Assembly (NCBI GenBank): GCA_014381855.1
Contig: JACNKV010000115.1
Span: forward strand, 7,886-71,885
DNA: 64,000 nt
Reading direction: 5' to 3'
From: Fidelibacterota bacterium
Lineage (GTDB): Bacteria; Fidelibacterota; Marinisomatia; Marinisomatales; JACNKV01
Shown here: one piece after another, positions 53,313 to 63,305 of the stretch
Numbering within the stretch: the stretch's first letter is position 1
Layout: each line of letters opens with the position of its first letter
Program-made: the position numbers and the translations under genes
The notes under the pieces: model-generated
Seen by the model: the letters and a program-made list of their open reading frames with translations, nothing else
What the model was told of the DNA's origin: nothing
Databases searched by the model: none

Positions 53313-54337
53313 CTGGATTTGCTTTTCATTTTTGGCATGTTTATTCTTTCCTCTTTTAATTTCATCATTTTATCAAATATTTCTTCTGGAACATACGCCC
53401 CGCGAATGAAAGGATACCATGTTTGAATAAATTGTTTCCACTGTTCTTTTTCGTCATTTGTTGGTGTATGAATAACCAACCCATGCTTTTTCATAACGGC
53501 TATGGCTGCTTGATCATCGTACCGGTTTTTTTCTTGATGAATCTGAGCCATTTCTTGTGCAATCTTCATAATAATATTTTGATCAGAGAGTTTTATTTTA
53601 TGCCAAGTTCGTAAATCAATAACAACCGCTGCTGATAAGACACCCCAATTGATGTCCAACATATGATTTGCGACCCCAAACCATTGAGAGGATAAAGAAA
53701 ACAGCGGTGTTGTCGCAATTGCATCGACTAACCCTGTTTGCAAGCCGGTCAATACATCGGTTGTCGCAAGCGGTACCGGACTAAATCCGCCTTTTTTCCA
53801 CAGTTCTGCGGATTTATAATCGCCTGCCCATGTAAATATTTTTGTTTTTTTCAAATCTTCAGGCAAACGCACCGGATGTTTTGTAAACCAATGTGCCCAC
53901 CCTACGTCTGCCCAAAAAAGAAGTTTAAACCCGGCAGCTTCAATCCCGGCGACTAAATCATCAGATATTCGTTCCCGGTACCAATCGACATCATCATAGT
54001 CTTCCAATAAGAGTGGAATATAAAAAGCCTGAACGTTCCGATTTAATTCAGACAATCCTTCGAGACTAATGGCAGCTCCCTGAATTTGACCGATACGCAT
54101 TTTGCGTATCATGTCTCGTTCGTCACCCACAACGCCACCCGGATAAATTCTCAGAACGACTGCACCATCTGTTGCTTTTTTCCATTGTTGTCCCATCTCA
54201 AGCATCATACCATGCCACTTTGTTCCTTCGGGAGCAAGCGTTGCCATCTTGATGACAGTTTTACCGTTTATGGATGAAAAGATAATTATCATAACCATGA
54301 CAATTATCCGGTGGTAATACTTATAATTGTGTTTCAT
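53309..54337 (-). CDS. TRAP transporter substrate-binding protein (DctP family)
   Basis: 342 aa with a signal/anchor segment. IKMATLAPEGTKWH and YPGGVVGDERDMIRKMRIGQIQGA are typical of DctP-type SBPs. Confidence 0.85.
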   Translation of the reverse strand: MKHNYKYYHRIIVMVMIIIFSSINGKTVIKMATLAPEGTKWHGMMLEMGQQWKKATDGAVVLRIYPGGVVGDERDMIRKMRIGQIQGAAISLEGLSELNRNVQAFYIPLLLEDYDDVDWYRERISDDLVAGIEAAGFKLLFWADVGWAHWFTKHPVRLPEDLKKTKIFTWAGDYKSAELWKKGGFSPVPLATTDVLTGLQTGLVDAIATTPLFSLSSQWFGVANHMLDINWGVLSAAVVIDLRTWHKIKLSDQNIIMKIAQEMAQIHQEKNRYDDQAAIAVMKKHGLVIHTPTNDEKEQWKQFIQTWYPFIRGAYVPEEIFDKMMKLKEERINMPKMKSKSR

Positions 54338-54345
54338 ATTTTCCT

Positions 54346-55260
54346 TTAGTAAAATAATTCATCTGTTTGTGTTAATAACCATTCCGCCCTGGATTGTGCA
54401 ATAATATTACTGAAATATAATTCCGGATTATCATTTGCTTGCAAGGATAATACTTTATTTAACAAGGATATAAATTCAGACCGATTCTGTGTTAGAACGG
54501 AAATTTTTTCAGCGTAAGTTACGTACAACGAACAATCCAAACCGTTGGAAGCAATAATTGCTTTTTCATAGTAACTCAACGCATGTTTTTCAGTGGTCGC
54601 ATTTTTATCCGGACGACTCATCAAGTATGAAAACATCGCTGAAGATAATGCCCCATAATTCCAACCGGGAGATATTTCGATAGCATGTTCCAATAACCAT
54701 CCAATGTCCGGCAGTTGAATTAGGTCTGCTGGGTTCGCTCTACCAGCTGATATTTTACCGCCAATTGCTGCTGCCGTCCAATAGACAATTGGGACATCTT
54801 CTGTTTGCAATATATGTTGAGTTGATTTTGTCTTTATCCATTTTGGGAAATCCGGATGTCGAATACTGAGCGCATGAAGACCATATTTTTCCGCACGTGT
54901 AAAATATGTAATCGATTCATCATATAAGGAAATTGCTGTTTGATATGATTCAGATTTCAATCGATCTGCTTTTTCTAAAAGAAAACCGTATGCATATTGT
55001 GTGTTGAGTTTCGTTGCTGTGATTAAAAGCTCCAAATCATTTGGATTCTTTTCTATTAATTTTTCTAAATGATCTACCTTATACCGAAAATATGAGGATG
55101 TGAGATTTGGTTGATGTTTCAGATAATAGGCTGGCGCACATGCACTCGCAAACAATATAATAAGAATGCACATTAAATAAAAACGGCTGGAGGTATACAA
55201 ATCCCCAGCCATTTGTTCAATAAGCAGATTGGTTTTTTGATTAGGAGTCAAGTTCCTCAT
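54346..55260 (-). CDS. TatT-like TPR lipoprotein, the T component of a TPAT-type TRAP transporter
   Basis: 304 aa with lipobox LFASAC and an all-helical, TPR-like sequence. It lies immediately upstream of the DctP/DctQM genes, as in Treponema TatT-TatP-TatQM. An alternative start at M17 (55212) would remove the 20-nt overlap with glyA. Confidence 0.55.
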   Translation of the reverse strand: MRNLTPNQKTNLLIEQMAGDLYTSSRFYLMCILIILFASACAPAYYLKHQPNLTSSYFRYKVDHLEKLIEKNPNDLELLITATKLNTQYAYGFLLEKADRLKSESYQTAISLYDESITYFTRAEKYGLHALSIRHPDFPKWIKTKSTQHILQTEDVPIVYWTAAAIGGKISAGRANPADLIQLPDIGWLLEHAIEISPGWNYGALSSAMFSYLMSRPDKNATTEKHALSYYEKAIIASNGLDCSLYVTYAEKISVLTQNRSEFISLLNKVLSLQANDNPELYFSNIIAQSRAEWLLTQTDELFY

Positions 55261-56539
55261 AGAGCGAAAAAGATTTGCAGATTTGATGCACGTGTTCTTT
55301 TATGGAAGCCGTCAGCGTTTCATTTTCAGGGTCCAGAATAACTTGGTCAATGAGATTTGCAATAAGCTTCATCTCTTCTTTTCCCATTCCACGAGTCGTA
55401 ATTGCCGGAGTACCAATTCGTATTCCACTCGTGATAAACGGGCTTTTTTGATCAAAGGGAACCATATTTTTATTCACAGTAATTCCGGCACGTTCTAACG
55501 CATTTTCGGCTTTTTTCCCGGTAATTCCCTTGTTAGTTAAGTCAATAAGCATCACATGGGTATCTGTTCCGCCGGAGACTAACGCATAATCTTTTTTCAG
55601 AAATTCTTCTGCCATCGTTTTGGCATTTTCTACTACGTGTTCAGTATAATCTCTAAACTCGGAGGTTAGTGCTTCACCAAATGCAACCGCTTTTGCCGCA
55701 ATGATATGCATTAAAGGTCCACCTTGAATTCCGGGCATAACAGTAGAATCAATGAGTTCCGAAATATTTTTTACCCGTCCGGATTTTGGCGCTACTTTTC
55801 CCCATGGATTTTCTCTGTCTTTTCCCATCAGAATCATTCCACCCCGAGGACCTCGAAGCGTTTTGTGTGTCGTGGTTGTTATGATATCGCAAAATGGCAT
55901 CGGAGAAGGATGCAATCCGGTGGCAACTAAGCCGGAAGGATGCGCAATATCTGCCATAAGAAACGCCCCGACTTCATCTGCAACTTCGCGAAATTGCTCA
56001 AACTCGATAAACCGCGGATAAGCACTTCCGCCACAAATTATAAGTTTGGGTTTGTGTTTTCGTGCTAAAGATAGTACTTCATCAAAATCTACGCGCCCCG
56101 TTTTCGGATGCACATGATAAGAAACAAAATTGTACAATTTTCCTGAGAAATTCACCGGACTGCCGTGCGTCAAATGTCCGCCATGTGCAAGATCAAGTCC
56201 CATCACGGTATCTCCCACATCCACAAATGTCATTAATGCTGCCATATTTGCTTGTGAACCGGAATGAGGTTGTACATTTGCATATTCAGCAGAAAATAGT
56301 ATTTTCGCCCGGTCTCTGGCGATATTTTCTGCCTCATCCACGGCTTCACAACCGCCATAATATCGTTTCCCGGGATACCCTTCTGCGTATTTGTTCGTCA
56401 TGACGCCACCGGCCATCTCCAATACAGAGTAACTGGTGAAATTTTCCGACGCAATTAATTCCAGCGTAGTTTGCTCCCGCCGGGACTCTTTTTGCAATAT
56501 CTCAAATAATTTGGAATCTGTCTTCTTCAAAAAGGACAT
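55241..56539 (-). CDS. glyA: serine hydroxymethyltransferase
   Basis: 432 aa. [22 protein letters not shown] and [14 protein letters not shown] (PLP lysine) motifs. Confidence 0.95.
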   Translation of the reverse strand: MSFLKKTDSKLFEILQKESRREQTTLELIASENFTSYSVLEMAGGVMTNKYAEGYPGKRYYGGCEAVDEAENIARDRAKILFSAEYANVQPHSGSQANMAALMTFVDVGDTVMGLDLAHGGHLTHGSPVNFSGKLYNFVSYHVHPKTGRVDFDEVLSLARKHKPKLIICGGSAYPRFIEFEQFREVADEVGAFLMADIAHPSGLVATGLHPSPMPFCDIITTTTHKTLRGPRGGMILMGKDRENPWGKVAPKSGRVKNISELIDSTVMPGIQGGPLMHIIAAKAVAFGEALTSEFRDYTEHVVENAKTMAEEFLKKDYALVSGGTDTHVMLIDLTNKGITGKKAENALERAGITVNKNMVPFDQKSPFITSGIRIGTPAITTRGMGKEEMKLIANLIDQVILDPENETLTASIKEHVHQICKSFSLYEELDS

Positions 56540-56551
56540 GAATCGTTTCCT

Positions 56552-57826
56552 TTACCAACCGGGTTGTTTCTTGAGCTTTTCGTCAACCCATTTGTAACAT
56601 GCTGACTGTGGCTTGAGATATCCTCTGCTTTTTACGTCAGAGTCTAACATAAACCAGTTCGCTTTCGTAAAGAGAACTTCATTTTCTTTTAACCACGATT
56701 TGGAATTAGAAAAACGATAACATCCTTCCTCTTCGCCCTTTTCAAAATAATTATACGCCAAGGTAGCAATCACACGATCATCAAGAGAGATATCAGCAGA
56801 TCTGCAATATTGAAACGTTTTATAATAGACATCTCCTTTTTGCCCGAGAGATTCACCGGATGACCTTGATATCTGAACACTTTTATCAGCCCATCGCATG
56901 GCTTTTTCGAAATCCTCCAATTCAACATTTATATTCGAAATCGTAATGGGCGTCTTTATATCTCTGGGATCTAACTTAAACAATTCTTCGTAAGTTTTTG
57001 AAGACGAGGCAAGGTCGTCATTCCGATAATGTGCTTCCGCAAGTTTATTCAATGCAATTTTACTTGTATTATCTACTCTGACAACACGTTCTAAAACTTT
57101 GACGGCTTCAGAAAACCGATCATTCACAAGGAGATTTTCAGCATAATCAATACCGTATGATGTATTATCAGGATTTTGTTCAAATCGTTCTTTCATGAAA
57201 CTTAGCGGGTCTTTACCGCTTTTTTTGAACGCAACAACGATCTCACTTTGAGCAATTTCATTTTCGGGATCTCTCTCCAAAATCTTGCGCAATACGAATA
57301 TTTGGTCGTCAAACCTATCGTTATCGCCATATAATTCTGCTAGATCAGTCATAATGTTCAGATCATCCGGAACCATGTCAATCAATCGTTCATATTCATT
57401 AATTTGTTGACTAATTTTATTTTGCTTCTTATAGGCATACGCCAATCGTTTTCTTAAATTAACATCGTCCGGTAAATTTTGAAGTCCTTTTAACAAGACA
57501 ACCTCTGCACTGTCAAGTTTACCAAGATTCTCATACGCGACGGCATAGTACAGATAGATTTCTGAGGCATAGTCTGTGTCCCATTCATCACATCCAAGTT
57601 CTATAATTTCACCGTAGACTCTCGAGGTTGCCGGCCAGTCTCGATTTCGGTAATATTCTGCCGCACTACTCATTAACCGTGGACATCTCCGCTCACGAAG
57701 TGAATCCAACTTTTCTAAGTCAGCACTTCCGTCATCCACAGGTTTTGATGGTGGTACACACATGCTGAGAAAGAACGTGGCTAACAAAATGGATATTATT
57801 TGGTAGTTTGATTGTATTATTTTCAT
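56552..57826 (-). CDS. TPR-repeat protein with N-terminal signal/anchor
   Basis: 424 aa. Multiple TPR-like units (AEYYRNRDW, YYAVAYENLGKLD, AYAYKKQNK, AEAHYRNDDL). Confidence 0.5.
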   Translation of the reverse strand: MKIIQSNYQIISILLATFFLSMCVPPSKPVDDGSADLEKLDSLRERRCPRLMSSAAEYYRNRDWPATSRVYGEIIELGCDEWDTDYASEIYLYYAVAYENLGKLDSAEVVLLKGLQNLPDDVNLRKRLAYAYKKQNKISQQINEYERLIDMVPDDLNIMTDLAELYGDNDRFDDQIFVLRKILERDPENEIAQSEIVVAFKKSGKDPLSFMKERFEQNPDNTSYGIDYAENLLVNDRFSEAVKVLERVVRVDNTSKIALNKLAEAHYRNDDLASSSKTYEELFKLDPRDIKTPITISNINVELEDFEKAMRWADKSVQISRSSGESLGQKGDVYYKTFQYCRSADISLDDRVIATLAYNYFEKGEEEGCYRFSNSKSWLKENEVLFTKANWFMLDSDVKSRGYLKPQSACYKWVDEKLKKQPGW

Positions 57827-57827
57827 T

Positions 57828-59111
57828 TTATCTTTGTCTCCGTTTTACGAACCATAAATCACCAATACTTAACCCCACATTAATGTATTGAATTATTTCA
57901 TTTTCAAAATATAAGCCATTTCTTACTGCAAGAGAATATCCAAAATCAACTTGATTTTTCATAGGGCCAAATTGTATTCCTATGCCAAATGAAATGCCCT
58001 TTTCATTAATCCATTCTTCTGATGATGAAATTAGAAAACGTTTCATTGACAGACCAAATCTGTATTCAAAAATATCTTTGCTGCTTCGTGACAGCTGAGG
58101 AGTGAATTTACTTAAGCCGATATTCCAATGGTCCGAAGATTGGATTCTTTCTCCAATTACGGAAAAATCCTCCGCTTTATTTGAATTATCCTGCCAATGC
58201 TGCCACTCTGTCTGAAAACTTACTGATTTGCGTTTTATGTCAAAACCAACATGATATTCCGTAGGTGAAAGGACATTTTCGAAGATGTTTTCAACCGGAG
58301 AAGGAATTAAACTCGGAGACGGGAAATCCCACGAATCGTAATTCCCTAAATCAGAGGCGTACGTGGTTGTTGCATCTTCAAATGGATGGTAAATATGTTG
58401 TTCGAGCGAAATAGGAGATAACGCAGAAGAAAATGACAAATAAGCACCCACGTCGTACTGTTTGAACTTTAGTCGCTGACTGTGGAAATATACATGAAAC
58501 AATACACCGTTGTAAATATCCCGTTCTTTTTGGATGTAATCTAATTCATTAACGCGAAGTGTTTTTACTCCACGGGATGACCCAAATAAATATTCCAGAG
58601 AAACTGCCATTCTTTCATGCTCCGTCAAGGGGAAAGAGAACGCAGCTGACAGCGAATTAATACCGCCATATCCGGAAATAGTTTTCTGTAATGAAAGTGT
58701 GTCTTGAAATACGGGGTCAATATATGCTGTCTCAGGTCCTTGTAAAAGGAAATACCTGTCTAAATACGGTGTAACGGTTAATCCAAATGCATAGGTATTT
58801 TTCATAGGCACGATTAGCTGAAATTTTCCGACACCTGTAATTTCGTTTTCTATTGCGGGGATTTCAATCTTGGAGTGGTTTACTTTGTACCCCAAGGAAA
58901 TATACGCATAAGAAAGTTTATTCCATGTTACCGGATTTATTAAGGATACTCCCTCTCTGAAAGAAGGCAATAATCCGGCTGAAGATGTTCCCAAGGATGC
59001 AGGGTCCGATATCCCAATCCGGTTTCCTATGCCATATGTGTTTATCATTGACTGACCAAAAACAACTGTCAATAATACAATGCTTGTAATCAGTCTATTT
59101 CGTAACCACAT
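57828..59111 (-). CDS. hypothetical outer-membrane beta-barrel protein
   Basis: 427 aa with a signal peptide and alternating hydrophobic beta-strand pattern throughout. No family recognised. Confidence 0.4.
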   Translation of the reverse strand: MWLRNRLITSIVLLTVVFGQSMINTYGIGNRIGISDPASLGTSSAGLLPSFREGVSLINPVTWNKLSYAYISLGYKVNHSKIEIPAIENEITGVGKFQLIVPMKNTYAFGLTVTPYLDRYFLLQGPETAYIDPVFQDTLSLQKTISGYGGINSLSAAFSFPLTEHERMAVSLEYLFGSSRGVKTLRVNELDYIQKERDIYNGVLFHVYFHSQRLKFKQYDVGAYLSFSSALSPISLEQHIYHPFEDATTTYASDLGNYDSWDFPSPSLIPSPVENIFENVLSPTEYHVGFDIKRKSVSFQTEWQHWQDNSNKAEDFSVIGERIQSSDHWNIGLSKFTPQLSRSSKDIFEYRFGLSMKRFLISSSEEWINEKGISFGIGIQFGPMKNQVDFGYSLAVRNGLYFENEIIQYINVGLSIGDLWFVKRRQR

Positions 59112-60321
59112 ATCGTACCTTTATATAGGGATGAAACGTATCGTCATTGATAAATGTTTGGGTAATAAACGGGTTATTTTCAGCAGAACTTGATAACTGT
59201 AGCTCATATCGTGATAATTGTCCAAGATGAAGATATGCAATAAAATTCCTAAGGTTTAGAATGACATAATTGTCCGTTGTATCGGTGAATGCGGAACTAG
59301 CCCCAATAAATTCAAGGCTGGTCGTGTCCATAACTTCTACCGAAAACAGGTTCATATCTACTGAATCTCTTAAAGGATAGGATAAAACTTTATAGCCGGC
59401 ATTTTCAAACTCATCTCCATCTCGTTGCAAGTATAAATCTGCATCTTTAAAAACAATAGAATCAGAGAATGTATTCAGCGTATCCAAATTGAATTTTAGT
59501 ATTGATTTTAACCCTTTTGCTCGTCCGATAGAGAATCTTCCTTCATTTTCTACCCAATCACCCGGATTAACAATTGTCAGTTTTTCAATCGTAGAAAATG
59601 TCGTGGTTAATGTATCTGTCCAAGTTGAGTCAGTATTCTCACTTATTCGGAAATAATGCACGTCCATCTTTGGTGCATTAAATGCCACCAGACTATCCAT
59701 CCTTTCACCGCCGATTATTTTATATGTAAATGAATTAAGGCGATTTGTGTCTAATATAAACTCTTGAAATATATCAGTTACATCAAACTGGAATGACGAA
59801 TTATCTAAGGTATCTGTAACAATTGTGACAGCTCCGGAGGATGTTGTCTGTAAGTTGCCGTCTATATTAAAAGTAAAAAAGGATGATTCTTCCTGTGAAA
59901 ATAGGTTGGTGTCACCATCGCTGGAAAAATAAAAAAGTTCAGGAGGAGTAATCGTGTCTTCCGATGTAACCAAGTTTAGTGTAAAATAAACTGCATTAAT
60001 GGAAAAGACAGACATTATCAAGCTATCAGCCGAATAAAGTGTATCCAGAAAAAAATCGGCCTCAACCGGTGTAATTTCTACCAAGGAATAAATATCAGAA
60101 TAACCTTCTTGACTTCCGTAGAATAATTCACTCACCCCGCCCATTTCCGGTGAAGAGCGGTATGAGCGAAAATAACTGGTGGAATCAGGATCTAATCGAA
60201 ATGACATAATCGTTCCGACAATAGAGTCATCCGGAGACGGTTCCGGCTCTCTTGTACACCCGATAAAGATGCTAAGAGTTGCGAGCCACAGAAAGTGGTT
60301 TATAAAATGTGTATGTTTCAT
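59095..60321 (-). CDS. hypothetical lipoprotein
   Basis: 408 aa with lipobox IFIGC followed by a Ser/Thr/Asp-rich beta-type sequence. Possibly DUF4270-like, given its position next to the short GT5 gene (memory of Bacteroidota neighbourhoods, unverified). Confidence 0.4.
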   Translation of the reverse strand: MKHTHFINHFLWLATLSIFIGCTREPEPSPDDSIVGTIMSFRLDPDSTSYFRSYRSSPEMGGVSELFYGSQEGYSDIYSLVEITPVEADFFLDTLYSADSLIMSVFSINAVYFTLNLVTSEDTITPPELFYFSSDGDTNLFSQEESSFFTFNIDGNLQTTSSGAVTIVTDTLDNSSFQFDVTDIFQEFILDTNRLNSFTYKIIGGERMDSLVAFNAPKMDVHYFRISENTDSTWTDTLTTTFSTIEKLTIVNPGDWVENEGRFSIGRAKGLKSILKFNLDTLNTFSDSIVFKDADLYLQRDGDEFENAGYKVLSYPLRDSVDMNLFSVEVMDTTSLEFIGASSAFTDTTDNYVILNLRNFIAYLHLGQLSRYELQLSSSAENNPFITQTFINDDTFHPYIKVRYVVTK

Positions 60322-60345
60322 GAAAGATGGTCTGTGTACGTTCGA

Positions 60346-61170
60346 TTAGTCAGAAAGTTTCTGAAGAGTTGCTTCTAAGTCTATGGCAACTGCGTCATAA
60401 TCGGGAGATGCGTCATCCCATTCAATCACGGTCACTTTATCCTTGTTTTCTTTAACACCTTCTAATTTAAGGAGGTCTTCTGATACCTTATTATTAGGGG
60501 TATCAAAAACAATCACTTGATCAGCGAAAAACGATGCTGCTTCATGACAATTGACATGATCATCCTTGAAAAAGTCAGGGAGTTTTACTCCTGCCAAATC
60601 AAAGGATTTTCTGCTAAATACATCATAGTCACCCAAAGAATGTACTACATGCACAGTTTTTATCCCTTGATAAAATTCTTTATCTCGGTACAATTGTTGA
60701 TAAACGATGGGGATAAATGATGTCTGCCATCCACAGCCCAACATGATGTCCGGACTCCAAAATAAGTGCGGCAGCGTCGCAAGAGCAGCACTTCCATAGA
60801 ATGAATATCTCATGTCATTGTCACTAAGAATCCGTCCATTTTTTGATTTATATAATAAATTTGTTAAGGGTTTAAACCAATTAATATCTTCGAGGAAATA
60901 CACCTGAACTCTTGTCTTTGGAATAAAAGCGCTCTTGGCAGAAGTTATAATTTCTTCTTCATTGTAAATAAATGGTATTTCTCTTAGGCGAATCACTTCT
61001 CGTAAAATATATTTTCGTTCGCTTACGAAACCATATTTTGGCAACATTGTACGAATATCATGACCTTTTCCTTGGAGGGATAAAGGAACTTTTACAGAAA
61101 AGTTACCTAATGAAGAAGTACTTGCAAATGGAGATATCTCCGTTGTTATGTAAAATATTTTTAACGCCAT
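60346..61170 (-). CDS. half-size glycogen/starch-synthase-like protein (GT5 N-terminal domain only)
   Basis: 274 aa. MALKIFYITTEISPFASTSSLGNF...GHDIRTMLPKYG parallels the GlgA N-terminus, but KTGGL reads STSSL. The C-terminal GT-B half is absent. Confidence 0.6.
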   Translation of the reverse strand: MALKIFYITTEISPFASTSSLGNFSVKVPLSLQGKGHDIRTMLPKYGFVSERKYILREVIRLREIPFIYNEEEIITSAKSAFIPKTRVQVYFLEDINWFKPLTNLLYKSKNGRILSDNDMRYSFYGSAALATLPHLFWSPDIMLGCGWQTSFIPIVYQQLYRDKEFYQGIKTVHVVHSLGDYDVFSRKSFDLAGVKLPDFFKDDHVNCHEAASFFADQVIVFDTPNNKVSEDLLKLEGVKENKDKVTVIEWDDASPDYDAVAIDLEATLQKLSD

Positions 61171-61178
61171 AAATTAGT

Positions 61179-61994
61179 CTACTCTATGTTTAATTGTTTT
61201 AAAGTTTCTTTTGCTTTTTCGTAATATTCGCTTCCGGGGAAATAATCTATCAATCGTTGATATTCCTCACGAGCTTTCTCAAAATTGCCCATACTTTGAT
61301 GAGCCAGTCCCAGTTTTAACTGAGCATCATCATCTTTATCTGTCCCGGGAAAAGTGAACACTTTCTCAAACTCTTTTACTGCACGTTTATAATTTTTCAG
61401 CGAATAATAGCATTCCGCTAACCAATATTGACTATTATCTGCTAACTCATTCATCGGATCATTTATAACTAATTTGGAAAATCCGGTAGTGGCTTCCTCA
61501 TAACCCCCATTTTGATAATAGCTTAAACTCTCAATATATTTCTTTTTATATTCTGCCGGGCTAATCTTAGCGGGGTGAGAGGGTGAAGTCTTGCCGGATT
61601 TCAAACTATACATCTCCGTAAAACTACTTGTCAAGGTGACAATTTTATTCTCAATCATGACAAGCTGAGCTAGTAATTCAAAATTAGTACTGTCAACATA
61701 AGCAGCTTTATCTTCTAAGTGACTTATTTTGTTTTGCAAAGTATTAATACGATTAATCAACATAATTGCCACGGAATCCGTTTGTTGTTTAGCATTGACT
61801 GTAGCCCGAAGCGTGTTTCTGAGATCCGGTAGCAAAATGCGAATTTCTGTTTCCAGCGAATCAACTCTTACTTTTTCGCGATTTATCTTTGCATTTAATC
61901 TTTTTAATTCCCGTGAGGTACTATTTTGAGCAAAACAAATCCCGCCAAGAATTACAAATATCAGAATAGTTTTAAACATGCGTATTTTATTCAT
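61179..61994 (-). CDS. CpoB/YbgF-like periplasmic protein (coiled coil plus TPR)
   Basis: 271 aa with a signal peptide and a long coiled-coil region. A C-terminal TPR block follows (YYQNGGYEEATTGF, AECYYSLKNYKRAVKEF, LGLAHQSMGNFEKAREEY). Confidence 0.5.
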   Translation of the reverse strand: MNKIRMFKTILIFVILGGICFAQNSTSRELKRLNAKINREKVRVDSLETEIRILLPDLRNTLRATVNAKQQTDSVAIMLINRINTLQNKISHLEDKAAYVDSTNFELLAQLVMIENKIVTLTSSFTEMYSLKSGKTSPSHPAKISPAEYKKKYIESLSYYQNGGYEEATTGFSKLVINDPMNELADNSQYWLAECYYSLKNYKRAVKEFEKVFTFPGTDKDDDAQLKLGLAHQSMGNFEKAREEYQRLIDYFPGSEYYEKAKETLKQLNIE

Positions 61995-62076
61995 AATGAC
62001 CTTTTTAGCAATTTCATGCGTTTTTGAATGACTGGAATTTACCGCTACTGTAATGTATCTCCAATAGGTTTCCCTC

Positions 62077-63303
62077 TCAACTACGAGATGTATCTCCGAT
62101 ATTTAATATCAGACCTATCATCATGTAACATGAAACCAAAAAAGATCCCCCTGCAGAAATGAACGGTAGAGGTAGTCCTTTAACCGGAATCAATCCAACC
62201 GTCATTGCAGAATTCACAAATACGTGAGATAAAAGTATTGTCGAAACTCCAACCAACACTAAAGAGAAATATCTGTCATTTGAGTCATAAGCCATTTTGA
62301 GAATTTTTAAAATGATATATGCAAAACAAAGAAAAATAACCATGATAGAGATAAAACCAAGTTCTTCTCCAATCACAGAAAGAATGAAATCAGATTCCTG
62401 AACCGGTAGAAACTTTAAGTGAGTTTGTGTCCCCATCCCCCAACCCTTTCCTATAAACCCACCGGAACCGATTGCTGTCTTACTCTGAATTATTTGATAG
62501 GCTGCTCCCAGAGGGTCTAGGTCAGGTTTGAATAACGTCAATATTCTATTTTGCTGATACGACCGCAGACTGTTCCAGATGACCGGCCACAGTAAGCCTA
62601 AAAATATATTCGTGAAAAACAGACTCACTCCGAATAATAATCTCGGTCTGGAAAAAAAGATTACAATCGCCAATATGAAAGCCCAAATTGTAAATGGAAT
62701 TGTATGAAATGCTGTTAATACACTTAATAAGGGAGCGACAAGTATAAACAAGTGAAAAGGTCTTGAGCCTGCCCAATACAACATCGTCATTACAGGTACA
62801 ATCATGATAACTGCAGACCCCAGATCAGGTTGCTTCAAAACAATCGCCGTAGGGATTAGCGCTATCCCAAATGGAATCACAACTGAGGTTATCCGTCTCA
62901 TTTCAATATTATGATCTGATAAATACCGTGCCAGAGCAAGGATTAAAATCCACTTGGCGAATTCTGACGGTTGAAATCCAATCCCACCAATGTTTATCCA
63001 TCGATACGTCCCGGCAATATGTGAACCAAGATAAGGGATGGCAACTCCAATCACTGCAAAAACATAAAGAACATAGCTGTAATTATGGATAATATGTCGT
63101 GGAATAAAAAATATCAAGAGGAATCCAATTATCGATGGAATAACGAATATGAGTTGTTTCGAAAAAGCAGAATGAAAGAAATCACCCCCCTGATGTTGTG
63201 AGACGCTGTACAATGAGAATAGTCCGATTGCGGTCAAGATAATCACAATCGCAGGGATTTTATAGCTTAATTCGGAGATTTTATTATTGGCGTTGAAAAA
63301 CAA
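62077..63303 (-). CDS. rodA: SEDS peptidoglycan glycosyltransferase RodA
   Basis: 408 aa with about 10 TM segments. FQPSEFAK and LPFISAGGS motifs of the FtsW/RodA family. It lies directly downstream of the PBP2 gene. Confidence 0.85.
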   Translation of the reverse strand: MFFNANNKISELSYKIPAIVIILTAIGLFSLYSVSQHQGGDFFHSAFSKQLIFVIPSIIGFLLIFFIPRHIIHNYSYVLYVFAVIGVAIPYLGSHIAGTYRWINIGGIGFQPSEFAKWILILALARYLSDHNIEMRRITSVVIPFGIALIPTAIVLKQPDLGSAVIMIVPVMTMLYWAGSRPFHLFILVAPLLSVLTAFHTIPFTIWAFILAIVIFFSRPRLLFGVSLFFTNIFLGLLWPVIWNSLRSYQQNRILTLFKPDLDPLGAAYQIIQSKTAIGSGGFIGKGWGMGTQTHLKFLPVQESDFILSVIGEELGFISIMVIFLCFAYIILKILKMAYDSNDRYFSLVLVGVSTILLSHVFVNSAMTVGLIPVKGLPLPFISAGGSFLVSCYMMIGLILNIGDTSRS

Positions 63304-63305
63304 AA

